The notes below the pieces were generated by a model. It saw only the letters and a program-made list of their open reading frames with translations, was not told the origin of the DNA and did no database searches. Made by a program: the position numbers and the translations under genes. A stretch of DNA of 64,000 bases from Basidiobolus meristosporus CBS 931.73 (taxonomy: Eukaryota > Fungi > Basidiobolomycota). This document shows, piece after piece, positions 14,658 to 27,290 of the stretch. Location: the NCBI GenBank assembly GCA_002104905.1, contig MCFE01000059.1:1-64000 (forward strand), in the 5' to 3' direction. Each line of letters starts with the position of its first letter. Within the stretch, counting starts at the first letter, position 1.

Positions 14658-16040
14658 ATGAGTGTGCTTATCGAGACTTCTGTTGGTGATTTAGTTATAG
14701 ATCTGCAGACAAAAAAATGCCCCCAAACAAGTATGAACTTTCTAAAACTATGCAAGATCAAATACTACAATTTTTGCTGTTTTCACAATGTACAGAAGGA
14801 TTTCATGTTGCAAACTGGTGATCCCACTGCTACCGGCAAAGGTGGCGAGTCGATATTCGGTTTATTGAAAGGGCCAAAGTATTTCCCCGCCGAGATCCAC
14901 CCAAAACTAAAGCACAAACAACGCGGTACGGTATCTATGGCTATTGCTGAAGATGGCGAGGGTGGCGGTGTAAGCGGCTCGCAATTCTTCATCACCACCG
15001 GAGAGAACCTCGACTATTTAGACGGAAAATACACTGTATTTGGCCAAGTTGCCGAAGGCTTCGATACCTTAGACAAGATCAATAGCGTGTTTTGCGACGA
15101 GACCGGAAGGCCTTTAAAGGATATTCGCATCAAGCACACCATCATCCTTGACGATCCATTCCCCGATCCCGAAGGTTTGGTAGTTCCAGACGAATCACCA
15201 TTACCAACCAAGGAAATGTTGGAGACAGTACACATCGGGGATGACGAAGACATCGAGCCAACTCTACCTCCGGAAGAGCTCGAGAGACTTCAACGTGAGC
15301 GAGAAGCTAACGCGCAAGCTTTAACGTTAGAGATGGTCGGAGATCTGCCCTTCGCCGAGGTGAAGCCACCGGAGAACGTCATTTTCGTGTGTAAATTAAA
15401 CCCGGTCACGAGAGATGAGGACCTGGAACTTATCTTCTCTAGGTTCGGCCCTATTCACTCCTGCGAAATTATCCGTGACAAAGTAACCAACGATTCACTC
15501 GGCTACGGATTTGTTGAGTTTGAGAATAAGGAAGATTGTGAAGAGGCTTACTTCAAGATGGATAATGTTCTCATCGATGATCGACGTATTCACGTAGATT
15601 TCTCACAGTCTGTTTCGAAGCTTCACAAGGATTGGGTCGCAGGAAAAATCAAGAGCGCAAGAGACTCTGAAGGGTATGGTGGAAGCTCACAATTGCAGAA
15701 ACGGCAAAAATATCGCGCGGGTGAGCGGGATGATCAGGAGAAATTCGAGATGGTCTTTGAACACGGTGACACGTATGAGCACGAAAAGGCAAGCAGCCGT
15801 AGCCGAAGAGATAGTCGAAGCCCTGAGCGTTCTTCTCGCAGCAGTCGTTATGACTCCGAGCGCAGTAGACACAGATCACCAGAAAGACGACGCGACGACA
15901 GCCGGCGGTCAAGACGAGATGATGATAAATACTCATCACGTAATGGACATTCTCGAAAGTATTCTAGCTATGATAGAGAAAAGGAGGATTCCTCTCGACG
16001 CTCCTCGCGCCATCGTCACCACAGCAGGGATAGGCGTTAG
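14658..16040 (+). CDS. PPIL4: Cyclophilin-RRM-RS protein (PPIL4/Cyp59/Rct1), intronless
   Basis: [16 protein letters not shown] cyclophilin domain ([31 protein letters not shown]), RRM ([33 protein letters not shown]) and RS/RD-rich tail. Confidence 0.95.
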   Translation: MSVLIETSVGDLVIDLQTKKCPQTSMNFLKLCKIKYYNFCCFHNVQKDFMLQTGDPTATGKGGESIFGLLKGPKYFPAEIHPKLKHKQRGTVSMAIAEDGEGGGVSGSQFFITTGENLDYLDGKYTVFGQVAEGFDTLDKINSVFCDETGRPLKDIRIKHTIILDDPFPDPEGLVVPDESPLPTKEMLETVHIGDDEDIEPTLPPEELERLQREREANAQALTLEMVGDLPFAEVKPPENVIFVCKLNPVTRDEDLELIFSRFGPIHSCEIIRDKVTNDSLGYGFVEFENKEDCEEAYFKMDNVLIDDRRIHVDFSQSVSKLHKDWVAGKIKSARDSEGYGGSSQLQKRQKYRAGERDDQEKFEMVFEHGDTYEHEKASSRSRRDSRSPERSSRSSRYDSERSRHRSPERRRDDSRRSRRDDDKYSSRNGHSRKYSSYDREKEDSSRRSSRHRHHSRDRR

Positions 16041-18440
16041 TACTTTGCAAGATATCTGCTTCCTACTGCGCGAAATATAGCTCCATATTGACTTACATTT
16101 CAAAGGGCATGCATTACTAGAGCCTCTGGAGATAATCAATTCAGTCCATTGTATCGATGGGGTGTTCAAAACTCTCAATAAATAAATTGGAATTGTTCTT
16201 TCTTTGTTGCTCACTACTGTTCTGGATCTTGTAGGGAGTATACATTAGAAAAACGATAACAGAGACATATATATCTTGGCTTCCAGATGTGCTGAGGCCT
16301 GGTCTGAGACTCCCAAGTAAGACTTTAGCACTCACTGATCATGAAAAATCATCAGTCTCTCTATATCCCTGTAGTACATTTTCTTGAGTAATACCAATCC
16401 ATCCCTCACAGACCCTGTTGCAAACGATTAGCTATGACACACACGGACATAAACGTCTTTATATTTTTATCCTTCATGATACGGATGAATATGCTTCAAA
16501 AATCCAGCATGCTTCAGCAGTGCCATTGAAGGTACTAGGGAAGTAGCCCACCAACTTTTCTCTCAGCCTCTCGAAGACCCTTGAAGCTAAAACCCAGGGT
16601 CAGTCTCAACAGTACTCTAGCAATAGTTTAGTAAACGAACGGTACCTAACGACTTTGTCACAAACATCCTCTGGATTTCTCGACGTGGATATACGAATAT
16701 CAACTCTGACGAGGATTAGGGTTGGCTTGGCTTGAGGCAATGATGCGTAGCCCTACATATTCTAATCTAGAGTCCTCAGCCACCAATCGGATGCTGCTAA
16801 CAGCCTTGGAGATGAAATGTAGAGCACTGATGTATTAGCACGTTCGTATACAATATTAAGTCATACCTTGTTGCTTGAGGGTAAAATTCCATAGATAACA
16901 TGATGAGATAAGGCCAGTGTGTCCAGTTGTCCTTTGAATGCCAACATCTGTATTGATTAGATGTGCATCCAAGCATCGTATACATGAGATGTCTCAGTAC
17001 GGGGAGTAATCAACGCTTAAGCCAGTAATATACAATGTATCCTTCATTTCCATCGGCTATTCTGCTGAGTGCCAGAAAAGTATATGCTACTCTGGTGCAC
17101 ATGAAGCTAGTGATTTGGAAGCCTAGAACATTCATTCGATGGAGTCCACGCTACTGCAGTGTAGGTCGTGAGAAAGAACCCGGAATCGTGGGATCGCTTT
17201 GATGCATATGTCTGCTGCTCCTGATAATAATAAGGTGGACACTACAATCAATCCGTCTAAGCCACTCGTATTGTCCTACCCCCCATGGTACATGTACATG
17301 AATAAAGAGTATAGAAACATTAAACATCTCGTTGATTAGCAAACTAATGTCCATGGTTTCAAGGTAATTGAAAGACAAGGTTGGTGTCAAATCTCATTTA
17401 GCGAATATAGGAAGTGATGGGAGTTGTGCTACATGCATTAGATTGGTCTCCAGAAACGTTGCAAGCTTTGTGAAAGGTATAAAGAGTGGAAGAGTGCGCT
17501 GTTTTAATTGTACACCATTCCAAAATGGTTTTGGCACGGATCAGCAAGCAGTGGACTCGATGGTTGGTTTTTTCCTACTGCTGTTTCACCCTCTCGGTGG
17601 TTAGACCTCTATAGGCAACTTTAGAACTAACCGCTCTCTCCCTCTCTCTCCTCCTCAGGGTCTCCGGGATGGGCATCGTAGGAGCTAGCGTGTATGTTTA
17701 CCCAAATCGCCCAGTAAACACCAGTCCTCTGAGGGCACGCAACGGCTTTGGTGTTGCGGTGGAGCGAAGCGGAGGCGGCATCTAATATCTTGCGAGTAGT
17801 GGTGTTGACGAAAGAACTCGCGCCTTCATTCATTCGAAGTAACCGATGTCCCCTTTGTAATAAAGCCTCAAAACCCTCCAATTGATATATTCTACAATAT
17901 ACTGAGATGTTGCCCATCTCGGAGAATTCCATCTACCAGGGACATGCTGACAGTTCAGATTTGTTTGTTCCTGACCAACCCCAACCTGAATGCCACCCGA
18001 ATCGTGATATGGTCTTGATGAAATAGTTTTGGTGATTTAATGTGGACGACAGAGGGCCATCAAGAATCTAGAGTCCTATCCAATGCGAGCATTGCAACAC
18101 TAATGCACCATGTGTGTATGCGTAGATGTCATCAAGCCATATTGGCTTAAATTACCACGAAATGAATTAGGGATCAAATGAAATTCAAGCAGCCATGTCC
18201 CTTTTAAATTGTTGTGTTATTTCAATAATCCATTCAGGAATCTAGTCACAAGGCTTTTGACTAGCTGTTATATGCTTTCGATTTCGTACTAAGCTGGTTG
18301 CTGTTTTTATTTGCTTCTGCTCAAGATCAGTCTTTGGAAGGCTCATATTTGCTTTGAAGCCCCTTTCTAGTACGTGTGGAGAATAATTATAAAACATAAG
18401 GACGAAAAAGCCGCTCAGAGCTGTCACCACTGACATTCAA

Positions 18441-20266
18441 ATGCAAGGCCTCCTGGATGTTGAGGTTGTGGTGATCGGGAATGACATTGATAGCTTAATA
18501 CTTGTTGAGGAACTCCTTAATCTGGGGATACGATGTAGAGCTTTTGGTAAGTAGTTGTGTTTATTTTACATTCACCCCTCCTCTAACTATGTCATATAGC
18601 GATAACCCCGTCAGCTGAGATATTCCCTCAACTGATTTTGCATGCGCGTACTCTGGAAATTCTGGATCAAATGAACCTTCTTTCCTTTTTCACGGAGGCA
18701 TCTGTTACCTCTACAGGCATGAAGTTTTGCACTTCCCCAACCGGCCAAGTGACTATGATCTCGCTTGAAGGAATACAGAATATTACCAAACACCCTTATC
18801 TACTGAGCGTGGACTCTGCAGAAGTGAGAAATAGATTCGAGGAATATTTAAAGAATGTGAGAAACTTCAGGATAGAAGATATCTGTGGCATAATGGAGGT
18901 TTCCAACGACGATGGCGTCAAGTTGACTCTTGAGGTGACCCCAGGAGCTATCGAGGAGGTTAAGGCCAAATATCTGGTGCTCTGTACCTCCACTCAGGAG
19001 ATATTTAGAAAGATTGATGTCGAAGTAGCATTTAGTCAGGACTCAAAAAGAAGCTATTGGGGTGCCAAGGCGGCCATGAATTTGGATATACAAGATTCCC
19101 ATGAGCCAACGTAAGAGGCAATTGATCTTGCAAAGTACTGAGGTTGATATGTAATACTCTGTCCATGTAGGGTTATATGGAGTAATGAGGGTTCCCTCTC
19201 TATTGTAAGGGTTGCCAACGAAAATGAATACCTCCTTCTACTGGACATGGATGATATCCCCCAGAAGGAGATGACCAGTGAGGAATTCCAACAACTAGCC
19301 AACAGATATTCAATGCCTTACCGGCTTGATTTCGACTCCACGCACTGGGTCCAAAGATTTCCAGATATAGAATATAAAAACCCTTGCTATGTCAAGGGCA
19401 GCATATTGTTTTGTGGAAAGGCAACTTACTCTCAGAACCCAATGGAATCCAGCCAGGACTTGAACAGAGGAATCCAGGATGTACAGAACTTGGCATGGAA
19501 ATTAAATCTGCTACTACGCGGGTTTGGGAAGGATTCTTTGATCCTAGAAACTTACGCACAGGAGAGAAGCCCCAGAATTGAGATTTTGCCCAACATTACA
19601 AATCGCGCCTTCAGTCTGCTGCTAAACAATACTCGATCAACGTTCAGACCTTTGCGAAACTTACTTTTCCCTTGGGTCACCTCAGTAACATCTGGAAGAG
19701 CAAAATTGATTGAGACTATGTCGGAAACGAATCTAATTTACGGCAACAACCGCTTGGTGCGAAGAACCGCTGGCTCTTTTTTCTCGAGTTTCTACTGCAC
19801 AGTTCCTGGGATGATGATACCAAACTTTGAGTTGCAATCTCAAATCACCCAGGAGAAAGTATCCCTGTACTCTATGCTCGGCGAAACGTTTCAGACTTTT
19901 ATACGATTATCCAAGGTCGACTTCATTTCCTCGACAGAGCAAAGCGGACGCATGAGAAGATTCAACGATTATTTGAAGCAGACTAATTGTATATTCTTGA
20001 GGCTTCGCACAATTCCACCAATTATTGGGCTCAATGTAATCTTGCCGACGTTAGCCACTGAATTGACTACTGGGGATGCTTTGATCAACTACGTACAAGG
20101 GAATATATTTGTTGACTTGGAGAATTCCTTTTTGAACATTACAGGGTTCCAAGAGGAGCAATCATTTATTATTCTGATCCGTCCCGATGGCTACGTTGGT
20201 CTAGCCACAACTCTTGATAATTTCCTGGATGTGGAGAGTTATTTTGCTGAACTTTCAAGGCCTTAG
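18441..20266 (+). CDS. FAD-dependent aromatic hydroxylase (FAD_binding_3) homolog with degenerate FAD motifs
   Basis: HARTLEILDQM, GIQDVQNLAWKL, LETYAQERSP and C-terminal ILIRPDGYVG. Introns ~18547-18599 and ~19110-19170 join an open frame of ~570 aa. Confidence 0.8.
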
Positions 20267-20396
20267 TTGAATTTATAGGTGATATAATGCGAGACATTTA
20301 GCTGAAGAATGTAGGCTCTAACCCAAATGCCAATAAATAGTATAAAAAAACATATGACCGTAATAGCCGATTTATTACAATGGCAACTAGTCACCT

Positions 20397-20582
20397 TTAG
20401 AGTCTGGATTTGAGTGACATGTCTTGCTCTGCCTTCTTCAGAGTTTTTAGCATATGCTCGGCCGAGCCCCAGCTACTTTGATATCCTAAATCCAATCAGC
20501 CACGTTAGTTTGTCTGTACATCCATTTCTTATTTATCCTCCTCCTCCTCCTCCTCCTCCTCCTCCTCCTCCTCCTCCTCCTC

Positions 20583-20614
<32 letters not shown>

Positions 20615-21934
20615 ACATATCCGTGCCTATCAATGACTCTGTTCTTACCGTATGATCCGTGTCCATAGTTGTGGCAAACGATAACATTGCGTCCCTTGTG
20701 TTCTATGTTCAACAGACTCCTTTTAGCTCCCATCCTCACAACAATGCTGCTTCACAACCTTCACCACTTTACTTACCATAGAGTTGACTTTCAATCCGGA
20801 TTCCTCCCTGTCTGCTCGGCCTGAACCCTACACAATGCTTGACAACCTTCAAGTTTTCGGGTTTCCCTAACAGAGGGTAAACTTTGCAAGCACGCTCCAT
20901 AATTTTCTTGGCTGTTTCTTCGTCATGCTTTTCATCACTATGCACAGTGTAAGAGCTCGGTTAGTATTGTCTGGAGCATCAAACTTGTCAAAGAGCTTTT
21001 CTAAACATTGGCTGATCTTACTTGTTGTGAGCTTGCATGGTTCCGCCAAGGATTACATGTCCGTTATTTCGAGGAATAACATAGGTTATTTCCTTTTCAC
21101 CAAATCGAATTACGGTTGCATTGACTTGCGGAGCATCTACTATGACGACCTGTCCTCGAGTCGGGTAGACCAATCCATCCTTCACTCCCCCAAGGTACCT
21201 TGCTTGCAGTCCCGTGCAGTTAATTACAATGTTCACCTGCTCAGCAGCCTCAAACGCATCACGAATATCGTCCAGCTTACGCTGCTCGATTGTTCCACCA
21301 TTCTCTTGGAAACGCTTCTGAAGCCAGACAAGGTATTGTTGCGTGTTTACGCACACTAGCTCATTCAGAAAAATCAGCGCAGTATCAATATAGAATATTC
21401 AGTTAGATGCATACGTGTTTGAAACTCAAAGCCAAGCTCTGTGCCCTCGGGTAGCTCCGACTTGTCCATATTGCGAAACTATGTAGGCAAGAAGGTTGGT
21501 CGGGTTAGACAACACAACGACATATAAATATTGCCTACCTCTTTGCAAAAGGTAGAAAACCATGGGTTACACCAGTCACTCGGTTTCTTGTCGTAATAGT
21601 TTATTCCCAAGAAGCTTTTGATTCCTGAGTCTGGATATTGCTCCAACTCCTTGAACTTATTAAAGGCGACTCTTTCAAATTCTGGAAGAAAGTTCAACCG
21701 AAAGTGAATACCTTGTTGGCGACTTGATCCTTATATACCAAGCTTACCGTGCAATTTTAGGTCGTCTTTTTCGGCAAAGCTATTCCAATTTGCGCCTGCC
21801 CAAGGACTGGTGTAGTCTGGATGGAATTCACCTGGGAGCTGGGCAGCTACTATATGCACCTTGTATCCAGCTTTCTGTAGAACAAGAGCACTTGATAGTC
21901 CTATAACACCAGCACCTAGAACTACAGCTGTCAT
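20397..21934 (-). CDS. D-amino-acid/D-aspartate oxidase family, copy 1; C-terminal PTS1 (-SRL)
   Basis: [69 protein letters not shown]. Last exon ends ...DMSLKSRL with TAA at 20397-20399. Confidence 0.93.
20537..20605. repeat. (CCT)23 microsatellite followed by C9, inside the last intron of DAO copy 1
   Basis: Direct reading. It lies between the donor (GTAAGA at ~20648, minus strand) and the CTAAC...TTTAG acceptor. Confidence 0.95.
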
Positions 21935-22579
21935 TCTTCAAAATATATGAATCACCAATCCTCATAAGTGTATTTATATTCTAGTCAATTCTTGATATTT
22001 GGTATTGCCTAATGTATAACCAATACTTGGTGAGAGCATGTTTAACGTGAACGACTACAAATTCTGAAACTTGGGGTAATTCGGTAATTGGAGGAATGAA
22101 CGATTGGTGTGTGCAAGTAGCACAATCTTGCCATGAGACATAGGGCATAGGACACCGTGAATCAGCGGTTCTGAAGCCACTATTTTAAATTGGCATGCCA
22201 TCTTAAATATTTGAAGGATTTGTAGATCACTTCACACACTTCTATGGCACAGCTCATGTACACGATGTGACGTTACAATGGGATAAGATACACCTCGTAT
22301 GTATATGCCTTATATTACCACCCAGGGAATGAAGGTGGAATTGGTCCAAGTATGGTTTTGGTCGTTTTTCTCAGAAGTTGAAAGTCCCCATCACCAAGTA
22401 CACACTAGCTGAGGTATGCTTCTTGAATATACGCATTTGACCTTTAGAAAAAAGGACGACTACAGCACAATGTGCTTGTGTTATTTCTTCATTATAGCAT
22501 TTCCTGCTCTTAATCCTCATTTTGCCAAGGCTTTGTAAGGAGTGTTTTTAATTTCTTCAGAGGTCAAAAGACACAAGAT

Positions 22580-24052
22580 TTAGAGTTTTGGGGAGATATG
22601 TATATTTCTTTCTGCCTTCTTCAGAGTTTTTAGCATATGCTCGGCCGAGCCCCAGCTACTTTGATATCCTAAATCCAATCAGCCACGTTAGTTTGTCTGT
22701 ACATCCATTTCTTATTTATCCTCCTCCTCCTCCTCCTCCTCCCCCACATATCCATGCCTATCAATGACTCTGTTCTTACCGTATGATCCGTGTCCATAGT
22801 TGTGGCAAACGATAACATTGCGTCCCTTGTGTTCTACGTTCAACAGACTCCTTTTAGCTCCCATCCTCACAACAATGCTGCTTCACAACCTTCACCACTT
22901 TACTTACCATAGAGTTGACTTTCAATCCGGATTCCTCCCTGTCTGCTCGGCCTGAACCCTACACAATGCTTGACAACCTTCAAGTTTTCGGGTTTCCCTA
23001 ACAGAGGGTCTAATTTGCAAGCACGCTCCATAATTTTCTTGGCTGTTTCTTCGTCATGCTTTTCATCACTATGCACAGTGTAAGAGCTCCGTTAGCATTG
23101 CCCGGTATCGAGAAACACATTTCAAACATGGTACTCTTACTTATTGTAAGCTTGCATGGTTCCGCCAAGGATTACATGTCCGTTATTTCGGGGGATGATA
23201 TAGGTTATACCATAGTCTCCAGTTTGTGCCAAGGTAGTCTTGACTTGAGGAGCATCTACTATGACGACCTGTCCTCGAGTCGGGTAGACCAATCCATCCT
23301 TCACTCCCCCGAGGTACCTTGCTTGCAGTCCCGTGCAGTTAATTACAATGTCCACCTGCTCAGCAGCATCAAACGCATCACGAATATCGTCCAGCTTACG
23401 CTGCTCGATTGTTCCACCATTCTCTTGGAAACGCTTCTGAAGCCAGACAAGGTATTGTTGTGTGTTTATGCATACTAGGAATTTTCAATATATATAGAGG
23501 ACAGAAATATGACCGTACAACACTTACCGGTATCAAACTCATAACCAAGCACCACATTTTCAGGTAGCTCTGATTTGTCCAGGTTCCGGAACTACGAGTC
23601 AAATTTTAGACATGAATTCAGATATAGTTAATGCTCTTTGACCTACTCTCAAAATCTTGGAAAACCACGGATCACACCAATCACTTGGCCTACTCTCGTA
23701 ATAATCCCTTCCTACAACACTGACAACTCCGGTCTCGGGGACCTTTACCAAGTCCTTAAATTTATGGAATGTTACAGCATCGAATTCTATGACCCAATAG
23801 CCATGATTTAAACTCGTTTATGAATCCCTAGATGTATGGTGTGTATCTTAACTTCCATAGCGTACCTTGCTGCAACGCGTCGTTCTTTTCAGCAAAGCTA
23901 TGCCAATTTGCGCCTGCCCAAGGACTGGTGTAGTCTGGATGGAATTCACCTGGGAGTTGAGCAGCTACTATGCGCACCTTATATCCTGCGTTCTGTAAAA
24001 CAAGGGCACTTGTCAGTCCTATAACACCAGCACCAATTACAACTACGGTCAT
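22580..24052 (-). CDS. D-amino-acid oxidase family, copy 2 (tandem paralog); C-terminus -PKL
   Basis: Same motifs and intron positions as copy 1 ([47 protein letters not shown]). Ends ...[10 protein letters not shown] with TAA at 22580-22582. Confidence 0.93.
22720..22740. repeat. (CCT)7 microsatellite in the last intron of DAO copy 2
   Basis: Direct reading; homologous position to the (CCT)23 tract. Confidence 0.9.
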
Positions 24053-26372
24053 GTTTCATAAATCTGTGTGCGTTCCCAAACCTCACTCAATTTATAAGCA
24101 TCAATGAGTCCCGCCAGATCACGTGCTCAGACTTTTTCACAGGCTACCCAAGGGCAGCAATTACCATTTAGATTCATCGAAGGACGAGCAAACCAGTATT
24201 GTATTACATAATTGAGTCAATAAAGAGCCATGAGAATGTTTGTCACAATGACTGCTATGAGAATGATTTCATTGATACCAACTCGGGAAGCTAGTTGAAA
24301 TAGTTGTTATATGATCAAATATACAATGATGACAGGAATCGTGGGACAGACCGTGGTATGATTGCTGTGATATAAAGTACAACACAAAAAACCGTGAAGT
24401 GCTCTACCTCGTCCCCACAGGTGTTGCGAGTGAACGGTACTGAGTCTTGACGGGATGCTCATCACAGTAGCAGCTGTTTCCAGATCCATAGGGTAACCCC
24501 GTATCAGCTGCCAAAGTGACTGTCAAACTCAGAACTTTTGGAACATTCTGATCTGGGGATACTATGGAGAAACTTATTTATTGATATATATTTGCAGCAC
24601 ATATATATTCCAGCTTATGAAAAATCCACTTTTGACTGCTCGTTTGGCACAGCCAACACTGAGACATGGTTTTTGGAAAGGGTCTAAAGGTTTGCACCCA
24701 TTGATATCCCTACGGCACCTTAGTTTTTGTTATCAATAGGCAATGGTATTTCATTTGCTCGTTCGTATAGATGATTAGTTTGGAACACTTGGTAACCAGC
24801 CATTTGAGACCATGAAAAATCTAGATCCTAGCTGGTCTAGACTATGCATTTGGGATTTGCCGTACTGACCAGCCTGCTTGGCACATAAGCTTACTCTTCA
24901 TCATCAGCACTTTCAGCAATATCCAGTTCGGGACAAAACTCCCGCTAGATTAAAGTTGGTAGATGCAATCAGGTTGGCTACCGGCTCTCAGTGTTGGTTT
25001 TCAACCTAACTACGAAACCAGCCTCGCACATTCATACCACGATTGTGACTTCGATGCTCGTATTTGTAATACAGCTTTTGAATCAACGCTGACTAACAGG
25101 TGACTGTGGCAACAATTCTAAGGGGCTTCTACATCAGGAATCCGAACCGCTCGAATGAGAAACCCATTGGCTATCAGCGGAACTCCTCAGTCAAACAATC
25201 ATACCATTACATCAACAAATAATAAATAATCCGGAGCCTATAGATTGGATTGGTATCTGCACCAACATGGTCTCGAGAGTACATGGATCTCAAGGCCATG
25301 CCACCCATACCTGGTATCCCGACATGCTCCAGGTAAGCAATCTATCACAACTCTTATCGTGGTAAGACGCAACCGGGGTGTTGGAATCCAGTTTAGTGAG
25401 CTATGAGCAGTCATGAATATACGTAAAACTTGGCAAATGCCAGGTCAGAGCGTTGTGGAAAGAGGTGGTATCGATGTATTCTTAAATCCCATTCGTACTC
25501 ATCGGAGCAGCACCTCCTTTACTTTACTACACTGATTACCAACTGAGTGAAGCACAACAGGATTAGTTTTTGACCGGTGGACTGTTGGCCATACAAAACA
25601 GCCCCACCCTCTTGACCTCGGATCGTGTGGCTATGCCGCTGTGGTTACTGCATATCGATTGAAACCTCCGCCATGTCCTCACCCATCCGGACGAAACCAG
25701 GGATTTTTCATTCGGTGTATGATCCGTGTTTAAACATTGCACCCTCCGGAAAATAGTTCATACCTTATATTCAGATTCGAGTTGATAAGGTTTTTTAAAT
25801 GAATTCATATCGAACCAAATCATTCCAATAGTGTTGAATAGGCTCGGCCGGATTAAGCAGCTCTTGCTGACGTCGATTGGGCACTGAAGCTTAAAGGTGT
25901 CTGCTGCACAGCTACCAATCTCTTTTTGTGCTGCCCAAAAGCCCCGCAAGTGAGCAAGCGAGATGTGTTGAGATTTGCGCGTGATTGTTTTAAATATGTT
26001 CGTAAAAGGCAAAGTGTTAGTATTTGGTCGAACTTGGCGATTGAGTGGAGGAAACGGCATCTTAAGGTAGCAATGAAATGAAATGATGATCTCAGCCATC
26101 GGGAAGGCTGATTTGTTGGTTGGGCTAACCAACATTCATTGGTGTGATAATTTAACAATCTCGTTCTCACCTGAACGCTGCAGATAGCACACGAACTCAA
26201 GCTAATCATGCCCTCAGGCAACCCGAAATCCTCACTTTCAACAAATAAAATTGGATTGAGGTATCAACCAACCCACACCAGTGCACCTTATAAACTCGCT
26301 GTTGTCGCTTCGTCAATCAATTTGGACTTGAGTGACTATTTGCGAAAGCAATAGCGAATACTCAATATCAAC

Positions 26373-27290
26373 ATGGACAGCGATGAACATGTCACGATCA
26401 ATACGCATCTCGAGCTAATAACCACAGTGTTCTCCCTTCCCTTCATTATTAGTGATGCCTACCTTACCTTCAAGATGGTGAGAAAAGACACCCGTAAAAT
26501 TTACAAATTGAATGCACTCCAAGTATCACTCCTATTGCTAAATAGTATAACCATGTTGCTGGAACATGCCTTTAGCGATGGAAATTGCTTCTATGTCTTC
26601 ACCAGCTACAATATTTTGTCTTTCTTCTCCGTAGGGATCATTTTCTCGATGTCATTTATAAAAGCCTACCTGTGTATGGGTAGCTCTCGGAAACTCTTTT
26701 ACTTATACATCATACTGCAACTTGTCCGAGGTGTCGCGGTCATCCAACTCTTTATCAACCCTGGAATACAAGGAAACCTTATGGGCGGCTGTCTTTGGGA
26801 CAACCCCACTGCGTGGGTAATTACGCTGCTCGGAGCTGAAGCGTTTGGATTCATTACCTTCACCATCATCACTGTCTATTTCATGAGCCATCAATTACGA
26901 CAAAAAGGCTCCAGGATATATACAATATTTATCAAAGATGGCTTGATTTTTTCAGTAACCATCTCCATGTTTTATGTCGCCGCCACCGTTCTTCAAAGTC
27001 TGGCCATCGTTCAATCAAGTATTATCCTGTATGTGATGTGGATCGCTTGTTCCAAATTCGCCACTATGCAGACCCGACATTCCTTTAAGTGGCATCACCG
27101 AGAAATATTGCCAGAACCCAATGCCGTTGCAGCCTCGACAACCCCGGAAGAAACTGATGAAACAAAACTCACCGTCAAAGACTATAGTGTGCATACATTA
27201 TCTGAGCGCACCAGTAGTAGTAGCAATGAGTCGGAAGCAGAGTTTGTGGTCATGGAGCTTGACAAAGTCAAGCTAACACCATTCAAATAA
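26373..27290 (+). CDS. Intronless seven-transmembrane (GPCR-like) membrane protein of unknown function
   Basis: 305-aa ORF with about 7 hydrophobic segments, Cys in two predicted extracellular loops (GNCF, GGCLW) and a Ser/Thr/acidic C-tail. Confidence 0.7.
   Translation: MDSDEHVTINTHLELITTVFSLPFIISDAYLTFKMVRKDTRKIYKLNALQVSLLLLNSITMLLEHAFSDGNCFYVFTSYNILSFFSVGIIFSMSFIKAYLCMGSSRKLFYLYIILQLVRGVAVIQLFINPGIQGNLMGGCLWDNPTAWVITLLGAEAFGFITFTIITVYFMSHQLRQKGSRIYTIFIKDGLIFSVTISMFYVAATVLQSLAIVQSSIILYVMWIACSKFATMQTRHSFKWHHREILPEPNAVAASTTPEETDETKLTVKDYSVHTLSERTSSSSNESEAEFVVMELDKVKLTPFK

Noticed and set aside
20414-20668. Poly-proline ORF (+) and poly-glycine ORF 20533-20739 (-)
   Set aside because: Both are translations of the intronic (CCT)n microsatellite; the spliced DAO frame skips it with canonical splice signals.
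20925-21359. Duplicated plus-strand ORFs [11 protein letters not shown]... (also 23056-23478)
   Set aside because: Antisense shadows of the duplicated DAO exons.
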